This document shows, in pieces, positions 37,901 to 50,500 of a stretch of DNA of 64,000 bases (position 1 is the stretch's first letter; each line of letters starts with the position of its first letter). The notes under the pieces were generated by a model. That model saw only the letters and a list, made by a program, of their open reading frames with translations, was not told the DNA's origin and made no database searches. Source of the stretch: Guillardia theta CCMP2712 (lineage: Eukaryota > Protista > Cryptophyta); assembly GCF_000315625.1 (NCBI RefSeq), contig NW_005434673.1:272270-336269 (forward strand), in the 5' to 3' direction. The position numbers were made by a program, and so were the translations under genes.

Positions 37901-38297
37901 GGCGCACACCATGGCCGGAGACGAGCCCACTGCCAAGAGCACGTTAGCCGTGATGTCCATGGAGACAGGAGTCTGCAGGCACTGGATCAAGGGAACTTTC
38001 TCTCTCAGGTGCTGTAGAATCTGTCCAGGTGATCGCTGGAGCAAGTGAAGATCCGACATGTTTGGAAATTGCATAGCAAAAAGCAGCCTCCTTCCGCTGG
38101 TATTACCCAGAGCAAGTTCAAAGGGTGTTTCTCAGCTCACCACTCCCTCTGGTGGCACCCCTGGCTGATGCTGCTGCTCAAGTCCTGCAATGAAGGAAGT
38201 CACATGAACGAACGCAGCAAGATTGGAACGCAAACAGCACAAGGAAGCATGAACTTTCACTCTCTACATCTTCCTCTTCCTCATCATATCTGCTCAT
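34980..38297 (-). CDS. Thiamine salvage polyprotein: ThiM (hydroxyethylthiazole kinase), TenA-like helical domain, ThiD (HMP/HMP-P kinase), ThiE (thiamine-phosphate synthase)
   Basis: ThiM: TANVLLAVGSSPAM, PWVLDPVACG, IRGNASEI, ITGVGCSLS. ThiD: IAGSDSGGGAGIQADIK, VVDPVMVATSG, ITPNLPEA, IKGGH, HGTGCTLAS. ThiE: LYAVTD, IQLRQK, IVNDRVDIAL...DGVHVGQDD, PTSTK. Two more exons (introns 35208-35260 and 35089-35133) give VAIGGLN and GVAVVSAIF, with the stop at 34980. The start is either 38074 (unspliced) or 38297 (spliced model). Confidence 0.93.
38084..38167 (-). ncRNA. TPP (THI-box) riboswitch aptamer
   Basis: Minus strand reads CAGCC-AGGGGTG-CCACCAGAGGGAGTGGTGAGC-TGAGA-AACACCCT-TTGAA-CTTGCT-CTGGGTAATACCAG-CG-GAAGGA-GGCTG. 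P1 is CAGCC/GGCTG, P2 is GGGTG/CACCC, and the P3 hairpin, the conserved UGAGA and UGAA, P5 CUGG/CCAG with a UAAU loop and the GCG are all present. It lies directly 5' of a thiamine gene. Confidence 0.93.
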
Positions 38298-38581
38298 GTC
38301 TACTTGCTCTTCCCTTCAACATCGCTCTTTTCTTGTAATCCTCTGCTTCATCCCCATAGTCCCCCAAGCTCTTCTCGTTCCTCCCTCGCCTGCTTCCCCG
38401 GCCTCCTACGAGCCATAGCCGCGCCCTGTCTTTGTCTTTGCGGGCCGAGATCCGGCCAAATTCCCGGGGCCTGAGAGTTCCGCCGGGCCCGGACCGCCCG
38501 CTCACTGAGAGAAAAGGCCGCGCTCAGACGGTCATAGATTTCCTTCTCATAAAAGCTTTACATGACATTCAATTTACATTC

Positions 38582-41500
38582 CTACTCATCTACTTCCCAG
38601 CAGATGATGCGTTCAGGATCGCAGTCCAGCTGCTTCCCGAGCTCATCTCGAAGTGTCTCGACGTCAAAGTCCTCGTCCAAGAGCAGGATCAGAGTGTCGG
38701 CATCTTCCTCGTCCTCCTCACCGTCCCTGAACGCTTCCTCCACCTTCTCGTTCCAGCCCGACCGCCCGGCCTTCTCAGGCAGCTCTTGCTCTCCCATGAC
38801 CAAGTTCTTCTCGAAGTCGACGCTCATGGCGTCCTGCTCCTCCTCCTCCTCCTCAGAGCCCTCGCTACTGGTCGAGATGCTCTTGAAGTCCGAGAGGGAA
38901 GAAAGTTCCTCCCTATCCACCTCGACACCGATGCGGTTCCCGTAGTTGGTGATCTTCTCTGCAAAGATCACTTTCTTCGCAGCGTCCCTGTGCATCTTGT
39001 AGTCAACCTCCTCCTCCTGCACCTGCTTCTGATAGTTGGCATCCGCCGCCAGCTCCTTCAGCATCTGCACCATCTGCGATCCGATCTGAACTTGCCTAAG
39101 GACAAACTTGAGGGCCTCGCGCGACTCTCGGATGATTTCTTCCGTCTTATCAGAGATGCGCGAGAACTCGATCTGCTTGTCCATCCGACGGTTCAGAAAC
39201 GCGTCCGCGCACGCCAGGGCGATGGCGATGACAACTGGAGAAAAAGGAGGATGAGTCGCAGGGGACATGCGATCTGGTGCAGACCTGTGTTGATGACTCC
39301 GTAAAGGGTCGTGCTGACCGCCGTGAAGGAGGCGAAGCAGACAAGGAGGAAGGCGTCAAGGACAGCGAGGACGATGAAGGTGATCATGCACTGCTGGAGG
39401 ATCCTGATGCGCGAATGGCCCAACTTGTGCCTCAGCCGCGCGGCCTGCAACAATCACGGTTAGACCGCAACACAGGAGGAAGGGAGGTTGAGAGACCTTC
39501 TGGTTCAAGAGGATCGCGACAAGATCTGTGTTGAAACCCCTTGACAAGACAGGAGCCACTCTTGCTATCTTATCGTCGATCGCCCGGACAATGCGCTTCT
39601 TGATGATGGAGGACTTGGAGTACCTGCGGTAGACGACGACAAACAATCCTGCTATCGCTGTCACGTACGGGCAGAACCTGGCAGTGTCAAAGAGAATGCC
39701 GAGGCAGATCCACACGATGACGGCGCAAGCGTAAGTGAGGGAGATGACGAGAGCGATGGACAGAGCGATGTAGAAGATCCTTCTCAAGATGCGCCGAAAC
39801 TTGTTCATCCTGATGGTCGTGTAGTGGGCGATGAGTTCGGCGATGAAGATTCCTAGCAGGGCGGCGTCGAGGAGGTTCAAGATCAGAGTGTAGGAGCTCA
39901 TCTTAGCCCGGCACTTGGCCGGGTCTGCAGCCTGAGGACAAATGAACTTGTCCTTGGCGGAGTCGATCTGTATGCCCAGCAGGAGTATGGGAAGCAGGAG
40001 GACGCAAGCGAACGCGACTTGGAAGAGCGTGACCAAGAAGGTGAGCTGGACAGACTTGGACTCCTTGGGATCGAAGAGCTGCAGCTCCACGAAGTAGAAG
40101 AAGCTCGTCTGCTTCACGATCTCTTCCTCGTCGGCGATCGAGAGGTCGTTGGAGACATTCTGCTCCTCTGCGTCGTCCCCACTCGTGTGCGCGCTCTGCA
40201 GCAGCTTCCTCTGGGCGGTTGTGTTGTCCCGCAGCATCCTGCGGTAGTCCAGGATCTCCCGGTTCGCGAGTCTCAGGATGGAGTAGACCAGGGAGAGAGC
40301 GACGAGGATAGGGATGCATATGGCCAGTACCAGGAAGACCAAGTACATCGGGCGGGTCGAGTAGCTCTCCTGTACCATCGAGTAGTCTCCTGTCTTGGGG
40401 TCGGTCTTGAACACGATGAAGGGTTTGCCCGGCTCACTGTAAGCAAGGAAGGAAGTGGAAGGGAGCTCGTTGGCTCCGATAGCAGTCCACAAGATCGAAT
40501 AAGCGTTCTTGATGTAGTTGGCGTTCAGCTCGTCAGGGATCTTGGCCTGCATCAGTCTGCGCGCACTTCCTGGGTACTTGGAGCTCAACATGCTCCTGCC
40601 GTACGCGTCCAGGTTGCCTCCGAAAGTGACAGTTCCAGCCGGTAACTGCTCGGGGGCAGAGGAGGAATCGAAATACGGGCATGGTGAAGGCACAAAGTTG
40701 ACAAACACGGCCGTGCTGGAGGGGACGACAATCCCAAAGGTGAGGATCTCCAGAAGCTCTCGAGTGAAGACCAGGTAGCGCGGGTCAGACACCCACACGA
40801 ACTTCCCAAAGGGGGCTCCGGGCCCCTGCAGGTTGATCTCAAACCAGTCCTCCGTCGGTCGGTTGGCTCCTCCGGGATTGAAGACCGACTGCAAACCGTC
40901 TAGGCCGGAAGGCGACAACCCGACAGTTCGGTTGCCGTTGAGCCCGTCGTAGACGTAGTAGCGATCGAGCGTGCCCCTGCCTGCGAAGGGCGGTAGCCTT
41001 GTCTCCGAGATCGTGCTGTACTGAATTTCTCCTGTCTCCGATGTCAGGTCGACGTACCGCACTTGCAGACCAGGTTCGGGGCTCTTCCTGTAGGGGAGGA
41101 GAGTACCAGAGCTGTACTTGCTGCAACTCCACATGCATGCGACAGAGGTGATGTTCTTGAAGACGGTTGCAGTGGGGGAGAGCCCTAGGTTCTGCAGCTC
41201 GAACCTGTTCAACTTTACGCTGGTTGTCACGTTCCGACAGGAGATGTCGCACAGATCTTTGTATGAGAAGGAATCTGTGAGGACAGTCGGCAGGGCTGAG
41301 ACGAGGCACACTTTGTTCTCGCTCTGCTTCACGCTCACCATAGATTGAATCTGCATCTTTTCATCGTCACTTGTACTCATGATGACGTCAGCATTGACGG
41401 TTGAGATCTGAACTTGGTCAAAGGAAGCGTTACGGATTGAGATCAGTCCAGCCGTGACATTGGCTTGGAACAGACGAGCCTTGGAATTGAAGAGACTCAA

Positions 41501-44500
41501 CTTGATGATCGTTCCTTCTACCGTCAAGCTGCTCGAGCCGAGATCGAGGATGAGAGCAGATGTCTGGGTGATGGTAGTGCTCTTCTGACCCGTGTTGATG
41601 ATCTTGAGAGCAGGGATCTGCGTCCTGTCGATGGGCTGAGGGATCTCAAAGACGACATCGCACTTGTAGCCATTGTACTTGGACGAACTCGGACGCGAAT
41701 TGATCACCTGAAGCGACTGCACGTTTGCGCAAGTGTCCACCTTTGTCATGACGCCTGAAACGCCCCCTGTTCCGTTGGCAGTGATGTAGGCATACAGGGT
41801 GACCTGTGGCAAGGGTTCAGTGAAGGGCAGGGGAGAAAGGAAAGCAAGTCGGACCTGCTCGTTTCCTAATGGACCTTGCGGTTTGTCGGTGAAGAAGACT
41901 GAGCAGCTGTCGGTGAGCAAAGTGAAGATTTCGGCTTCTCCCAGAGCCAAGTTGATCGGTTTTTGTACGAGGACGTAACTCAGGATGGAAGGGATCATCG
42001 CGCCCAGCACAACAAGCACGCCAAGGTAGAAGATTTGGAGGTTCGAGGCTGTCTCGGGAGGGAGCAGCTTCAGTTTCCTGCCATCGATCAGCAGCTGCTT
42101 GCCCTGGAAAGAAGAACAAAGTCAGGAGAATCGCAGGCAACCTCCGACAGGTCACCGTCTTCAGGATGTAAATCGGCAGACTGCCATGCATCTTCCTGCT
42201 CCACATGAAGAGGAGGTGAAAGGTGACAATAGCGATGAAGAGCAACGGAGCTCCCACAGCGCCTCGGATCCAAGACCTGTCCAAGGGAAACTCGCACATG
42301 TTCCAGAGAAGGCATCGACCTGCAATGCAGAGAGGCTCGCAGTAGCCGTAAAATGGTTTGCCTCCGAAGGAAAGCGCGTCTCGACACTTCCCCGCTCCAC
42401 CGCAGCTGGAGGGGCACCAACCACAAGGCTCAACCAGCTGGTTTATGCACTCAGAGCAAGTCTGGTACTGGCAGGTTGGGGGTTTGGTGACAAAGATCTC
42501 GAGAGCAAGGAGAACTGGCCCAGCAGCCATGTCCTTGACGAGGGTGGATGAATTTCCTCCTTTGAAGCAGTAGGGATTGCAAGGGGACTGGTCGTCCACC
42601 TGAATCAGCATAGATTCCACCCCGATCATCTGGGGGTCACTCTTGTACTGCAAGATCATCATCAAGACGTTAATGTCCTGCAGGCTGCCCGTCGCCTGGA
42701 CTTTTGACCCGCCGACGGCCACGAAGACGTCGAGGTTCGGTACCTTGGAGGCGTTGAACGACAAGACACCACCAGACCTCACAGAGATCTCTATCGTCAT
42801 ACTTTGAAGCGGATTGAAGTCCACGTCGACAATCTGGAAGTAAGGAAGGTGCATGGTGATGTTCTGTTGCGCCTGAATGGTTTGAATCCCGGCGATAGGC
42901 CGGCCGAACATGTCGTGCATGATGATGTAGGGCTTGTTGTTAATCGGCATCACAGTGACAGCGATCTCCTTCTTGGCTTCTTGCGCAACATAGGGGTAGG
43001 ACTTGTTGCAGTGCTCGAAGTGGAGGTTGGTTGGCAGGTCCGTGGGGACTGGGCAGGGGAACCGGATGCCAGTGCGACCCATGTCGTTGGCCTTGACGAC
43101 GATCTTTTCGTTTCCTGAGGTTTGACGGGTCAGAATCATACCGCAAGGAGGCCTCAACAAAGTTTACCGTTGAAGTAGAGGTCGGGTTGGTAGGAGACCG
43201 AGGAATCTTTCAGTGTCTGCCTAAGTGCACTGGCTGTGCTCCACATGACAAGAAACTTAGAGCTGGTGAAGACGATGGGTTTGCTCTTTGCGGAGAATAC
43301 CAACCGACTTTGAAACTGCACCAACGTATTGATCTCGGAAGAAGTAAGAACGTCAGTCAGTCCCTGCTCGGCCGCCTTCCTGTTCAACAAATCTTTGCAC
43401 ACGGTGAAGCTGCGGGTGACGGGATCGAGGATGCTTCGAACGAAGACGCAGAAGGGAAGTTTCTCGTTTACGCACTGGGACAAGGTCTGATACTGCGGCA
43501 CGATGGCGCAAGGAGAGTCGTAGCTGAGGCCGAGCTGTTGCCCTGAAGAAGAGACTGTCTCGTCGTCACACCACCTCCTCCATATGCACTCGTAGACGTC
43601 GGGCTCGGAGTAGATGCCCCGAGAGGGATCCCCATAATCTCGATTCTTAAGGCTGTTGAAAGCGTACACTGACAGAGCAGGGTCGACAGAGAATGTCCCG
43701 TTGTTGGCTATGAACTGCACCTGGATAACTCCAGGGCTGGACGAACACACTCCGTCCTTACACTTCTGCTCGTCGATGTCGACATCAGTCACAGTAATGC
43801 CTGCAAGGGCTGGAACGTCTCCTTCGTACATCTGAAGTTTGGAGTTCTGAATGCCGACCACTGGTGGGTCGTTGACAGCCAGGACGGAAACCTGCAGCGT
43901 CCTCAGCGAGTCTGTGGAGGGAATCACTCCTCCAGGGAGAGGGACTTCGACGTTCTGACGGTCGTTGATCCGGAACCGAAGAGTCTCGGGGCCGATGTTG
44001 TCCGTGTTGAAGTTGCTGTTTCCCAAGTAGAAGATGTTGTTCTTCAGCACGTCCGAAAGGTTCTGCGCAGTCCCTGTCATGAACACACGCGCGGTCGGTA
44101 TAATCTTCTGTGCTTTGAGAGTCTCTCCTGCAGCTGCGGGCACCATTGTGGTGAGGTTGAACTGAACGTCAAACAGGGGGAGGCGCATGCAAGGAGACAC
44201 GGGAGTCCCTTGACCTACCCAGGTGAAGGGTACTGGGGGATTACACCCGAGGCAGATGTCAGGACAGACCGAGCGGAAGGTCGTCTTGTTGGCCCAGGCC
44301 GAGACCCCGCACTTGATGCCGTAGGCGATGCGCTGCTGGTCTGTCATGATGATGGAGGGCTCGAAGGCCTCGTTGGGGTTGTTGACGGGAGGCATGATCT
44401 GACAGTCGTCGGGGGCAAGGAGGTTGAACGTGCCCTGCAGGGCCGTGACCTCGAGATCGAAGAAGATGTTGGGGTTGGCCCTTGTCTTGACCCATTCAAG

Positions 44501-47500
44501 CACGTATGGCGTGATGTCCGGGTCGACCACATCGAGACCTTGGAGGTAGTGAGAAGTGTCTTCGGTCATATAGATCTTCGTGCACTCGAGCTTCAGGTCG
44601 TCCACGTAGACCATCTGATTACCTCCATTGGTCTGCTCTGATCGCATTCGAATCGCGTACATAGGGCTGTGGGCGATGAATGTGATTGGCTGAAACTGTG
44701 CAAAGGGCACCGATGCCGTGCCGGGATTCACTCGATCTTGCTGGGCAGACAGCACACACCATGCTCTGCAAGGTACCCACGTGTCAACCCCGAGCCTCCC
44801 TGCCGTGTACGTGTTTGCAACCAGGCCTACAGACCAGTTCTGCAGCCAAACGGCTCGTTCAAAGGCTGTCAGGGACATGTTCCCAGCCACCGGGTTCTCT
44901 ATCAGGCTGACGTTGAGCATAGTCCCTCGATCACGATCGTTACGCGCAGACACCATCAGACTGAGGGTGTACTCGTACCCCAGACTGAAACCTGACACGT
45001 TCTGCGTCACGGCAGCCACGGGGCTCGAAGTGATGGTGTGAAGATAAAGATGCTGCTCCCCCTCCTGCGACACGGCATCGCCTGTCCACCCGTAGAACGA
45101 CAACCCCGCAAGTCCTTCTGTGGTCCATCCCTCAATGTTCCCTTGCTGGATCCCTGAACATTAGAGTCAAGAGGTTGATCCTCGTACACTACAACCCTAC
45201 CAACACAGGACGCGAAGTCGTCGTAGCAGATTCTTGTGCCCTCACAGATAGGCGGGTTTTCAAACCCCAAGTTCGCAGCCTTTGGAAAGAAGCCGACAGT
45301 GGCGTTGTTGTTGATGGGACGAATAGAGATCCCGATTGAGCCTTCGATGGGAGCGAAGTCAAAACTGCTCGGAACCGTCAGGTCTCCAACCGAGGAATCG
45401 GCAATGCTCACGTTGCGGCAGGAGTTCCGCAGTAGTACTGGTAGGAGGTCGCGTTATCCGGCCACACCTGATCTGATGCTGACACTGTCAAGGCCTCTTG
45501 CTCCTGGTACGTGAGGTAGTTGAAGTAGGGTCGGGGATTGTATCTGAAGGGAAGGCAGGGGACGTAAGGCGCTGGGCTCATTAGAGGACAAGCACTCACT
45601 GCAAGACACGCATGGCCTCCTGGACTGCCACGCTCGGGCCCCGGAACTTGAGAGTTCTGCACTGGCTGCCCGGATTCACCTGACGGCTCAAACCTCAGTG
45701 TCGTTGCGGCCGGAGAGAGCGGGCAAGGGCAACCTTGCGGCACCAGCATCCCTTGCCGTTCCATGTACAGCCATTCGCGCCGGCACAGGAATCAGCAGTG
45801 ATGTAGCTATGACACCTGCCGAAGGAGTTAAGAGGCTGCCTGCCGTCCAGGGGAGCACGAACGTGATCTCAGAACAGCTGGGGTCCTCCCAGAACTCCAG
45901 CTGGCTCTTCATGGCATCGGAGAGGGGGATGATGCCGGGCTCGGACTGAGAAACGATGGTCAACCTGCCGAAGATCACGGAGGTCTGGACGGTGATGGAT
46001 CCGTCCTACAACACGGAGGAGAAAGACAAGGTCAGGAGGCCGAACACTCCTCGCGCCCTGGCTCTTACCATCCACTCTCCCTCAAGCTTCGTCACAGGAT
46101 CTACTGAGTTCTCACACCTGCAGTCGAGTCAATGGAGCATGGGAAACTCAGAGGACTGTCACGTGGCTTTCTGAGAGATTGGGAAGGTCCCGTCCTGGAT
46201 GGTGCAGGAGCCGCACTCAAAGGCGTCCACGTCGATGACGTTGAGCCCCGACGGGCCTGAGGGGATTGCTCTGAGGGAGAGAAGGTCAGAGGGGAGGCGG
46301 CAAGAGGAGATGGAAGTCACTTGGACTGCAGTAGAGGGGAGACTCCCTCGTCGAAGGCGATCGGGTCGGTGATTCGTGGGAGGGTGATGACCGGGGGGTC
46401 GTTGACGGGTTGGATCAGAATGTTGATCACAATCTAGAGAGAACGCGATGAGTCAGCTGGGCAGGAGGCAGTGAGGCACGAGAGCTTACCGTCGATGTCT
46501 GAGACGATCCCTCGAATTCGCCAGTCTGATCGCCACCGCTGTAACCCTGATCGCTTATCTGGAATGTGACCTGTTGAAGGCAAAAGATCAACAGGCTCTT
46601 GACTGGTTGGCAGGTGCGCTTACGGTCTCTATTCCTCTATTGGAGTTGAAGTTCTGCTGATTGGTGCCCATCTTGTACGAGATCATCCTCATAGCAATGT
46701 TGCAATCGATGGGATGGCCAATGAATGCAATCTCTTGCGCAAACTGAGACTGACCACCGACGTAGATGTAGAGGTATTCTCTGTTGTTGAGGGAAACCTG
46801 CAAAGAATCAGACTTGAAGTTACCCTAGGGAAAGACTTACTTCTCCTTTCAGAGCTGAGATCTTCACGTTCAACTGCGGACAATCTGACACCCATGTCGG
46901 CAACGTGTACGACTCTCCTCGCTTTGCAAGCTCGGCAGTCAGCAGGTTGATGCATTCGATTCGACTGGAGTCATACAAGTCGATGGGTTTCGTCACCAAA
47001 CCTCTGTAAGCACGAGTCATATACAGGTCATGAAGCAGCAGCAAAGAGATTCTCACCCAAGCCTGACGGCAGTTTGATCATCCTCCAGGTAATTGACTGT
47101 GATGTTGGCCAGAAGATCATAAGGGTTTCCAGCCGAAGTCACAACATCTCGAACGTTGTTGAATACAGGGCTGCACTTGTTTGCAAGGTTGCTCGTCGCA
47201 CATCGCTGGCGACAACCGTCGGAAACTGTGTTTCCAAAGATGATGCAAGGCCGATCGTTGATAGCCAGCGTGTAGAAGTTGTACAAGAGAACTTGAGCAA
47301 AACCCTTGGTGCCCATTCCTGTGACTGCATTGTCTTCGAAGGTGATAACAAGAGTTTCAAGATACACATAGCTGGCATCTTCCATCGACGGGTTGATACT
47401 CTTGTTGAAGTCATTGACGCGGTTGAAGATATACTGGGAGCAAGACTGCTCGCAACCTGCTGCTTCCTTGGTGTTCAAGAAGGCAGGAGGGCCGATGTCT

Positions 47501-50500
47501 GAGAGGAAGCAGGGTCTAGAGCACTTTCCAACGTACTGATTCTTGTACTGGATGCTTTGATCCTGCAGCGTGTAGTACATAAGGCTCTGAATGATGTCTC
47601 GAATGTGGTCAGTGTAGCCATCGAAGCGGACAATGCGGTCACGGTAACCACTCCCCTTGGAGAAAGACAGCAGTTTCCTCTTGCTCTTCGGGATTGTGAT
47701 CGTACCCAGCTTGCTGGATATCTCTACTGTGAACAAGCCCTTCGCAGTCTCGCCTAGTGACAACGATGGCGACACTTTGAGCTTCGTCGGACATTCACCG
47801 TCGCAGTTTTCACAATCCTGAACTGGTCGGTTCCCACAATCTTCCAACATGACATAGGCAGGAAGGAGCCCATTGTTGAGGCGATCTTGTAGCCATGGCT
47901 CATCGTAAACTGGAATCATCTTCACAGGCAGAGGGTCAGTCTTGATCGGAATCGATATGATGGAGACATTGGTTCTTGCAGTGTACCTTGCAACTTCACT
48001 CGGTTGGTACCAACCATTGTTGTCAATGGTGTTGTACACTGCCCTCTCGTCCTTGAGAGCGAATGAGATGTTCACTTTGTTCGATCCCTCAGCGTTGCTG
48101 AAGTTTGATTTCATTTCGAATGTCATTTCGTTTAGCAGCGAGTTCATGGTGATCATGTCAGTGCTGAAGAGCAAGTTCGAGTCTCCAATCCCTGAGCCAG
48201 CGGCCACCTCAATCACGCAAGGAGCAGTTCCTCGGTCGTTGCTCTTGGTGTTTTGACAAGCCTTGCTGTAGATGTTTGATCCGTCGCCTCCCGAGCAGTC
48301 CAGTGAGCAACTTGATCCGGTGCAGTTGTAGGATCGCCCTCGCACGAGGATCAGCTCAGCATTAGGAGGGTATGGCCAACCATCCCCCAACTTCGGATCG
48401 GTTGTTGGGTCCTGGCGATCGGAGCTATAGAAGAACACAGTCTCGTTGATACTGCGGTCAGGAACGAGACTGAAGCAGAGAAGACCATCCTTAGCCACCT
48501 GAGCTTTGACCAGGTCCATGTTCAACGGAAACTCCATCCAAGTCTCAATGCTGTTCGTCATGTACAGTTGACTGACTTGGACGGGAGGGAAGGAAACATC
48601 AAGCACTTTGGTCTGGTCGTAGGTCAAGGTGTTGTCAAAAGAGCAAGAGACCATGTTCAAGGTCACTGTCCCTTGAGTTACACACTGCTGTGGACAACAC
48701 ACTGGCTTGTTGGTGCCAGTCACCCCTTGGTCTACACAGTCTACTGAGCAGCTCTCCGCGATGCAGTTCACCTTGTAGATACGCAGAGTGAGAGTAGCTG
48801 AAGGGTACGAGAGCAACTGGGACAGGATAGGAGCAGTCTGAAACTTGAGGTATGGCAACCTGGAGCATTCGTTGATTTGCTGACCGGCCGCTGACAGGCA
48901 AGTTTTCTGACCGGACATCATGACCCCGTACTTGTTCGTAACAAACTGAGCTGAAGTGACTCGGGCATCGACGTTGACTATCACAAGCGGAGTGCTGACA
49001 TTGAGGATCGGTCTGAATTGCACGAAGCAGCTCGTGTCAGCGAAGTTCATCTTGATTTTGCCTACGTCACATGACACCTGCAGAGAGTAGTTGGTGTTGG
49101 CTGTGGTTGACCCTGGCGCCAAATACTGTTGCACATCGAAATCCTCCATGTGACCGCCTTCAAGTTTGGATGACTGACCTTGGATGATCATTACAAACTC
49201 TTGCAGGATCAAGACAGGAGGATCATTCTCGTCGTCAACATTCAGAGTGAGCTGTTTCGAATTCGATAGCGGTTTGCTGAGATCGGTGGCAGCCCTAGTA
49301 GTCTTGTTCTGATCCGAATATCCGTTGTCATTGACAACAACTTGGATGTTGTCATCAACATTATTTACATTCGGACCAGAGATATATTCGAGATTTCCAA
49401 GCCCCGTAGTGTTCATGATTGTGATAGAGCTGATCAGAGACAGCTGCTCGTTCACAACGTACCATGGAATTAGCGCTGGGCTACCGGCCAAACATTTACA
49501 CAAGATGGAAGTGACGATCATGATTTGATCTCCGGGACATCTTGGACAGACGGGGAACAACCTGGAGCCTCCGATGCTGATGCTGCCGTGCTTGAGCGCC
49601 TGGAGCGTCACTGAGATCTGGTTCCCGTCTTGAAATCCTGCATCGTCGGTGATCCACACGGCTGATATAGGAGCGTTGGCGATCGTAGTGAGCGCAGCAG
49701 GCCTGTCCTCCTGCACTCGGAAGACGGTGGTGCCGTCAACAGCGGGAGGGGAGTTGACTGGGTACACGGTGATGTTGAGATCCTTCCTGTAGACGACCGG
49801 GTCGAAGGCGTCGAGTGTCATGCGGAAGACAAGGAAGAGCCTGGCGGGTTTGCCTGAGGAGAAGAGCTTAGGGGGGATGTACTTGAGGCCGTTGAGGGCG
49901 GCACTGACAGCCGATCTAGTTCCCCTGCACGTGACAAACGAGGACGAAGCCGGATGACCGGGCACAGAGTTGCTGTTCTGGTTCTGACAGATCGTTAGCC
50001 CGTTGGGCACTTCGATGGCTCCACCTGCACAGAAAATCGAACCGTCCAGGAAGTCAAAGTACGACCCACACTGCTGGGCACAGGTGGGGACGTTGGAGAT
50101 CAGGTCTCGGCATCGCGGGGGTTTGCCCAAGTCCTTTCCGGCCTCCCAGAGGTAGTTGGCGCATGCCGTGTTGATCATGCAGAGCTCGAGGACGACGGTA
50201 GGCTGGGAGCCCACGAGCGTGAGCTCTCCGCTAGACATTATGTAGGGAGTGTCTTCGTTGACCGCAAAGGATCGAGAATCTACACTCCTTGTGGTCACTT
50301 TGACATCGAAGCAGGAAGGCCCCGAACATGGTGCCTTGACGCAGGTGCTAGTGCCGGTAGGACAAGCGCCTACTGAGAACTGATATTGTTTATATTGAGT
50401 AACCTGCTTGGACAAGAAGACGATGAGCAGTAAAGGACACTGACTAGCCTGCAGACACAAAAAGCATGAGGTCGGGTCAGATGTGGCAAAGAAGAGACCG

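Noticed and set aside
38432-39304. 290-aa plus-strand ORF
   Set aside because: Antisense to the last exon of the giant membrane-protein gene.
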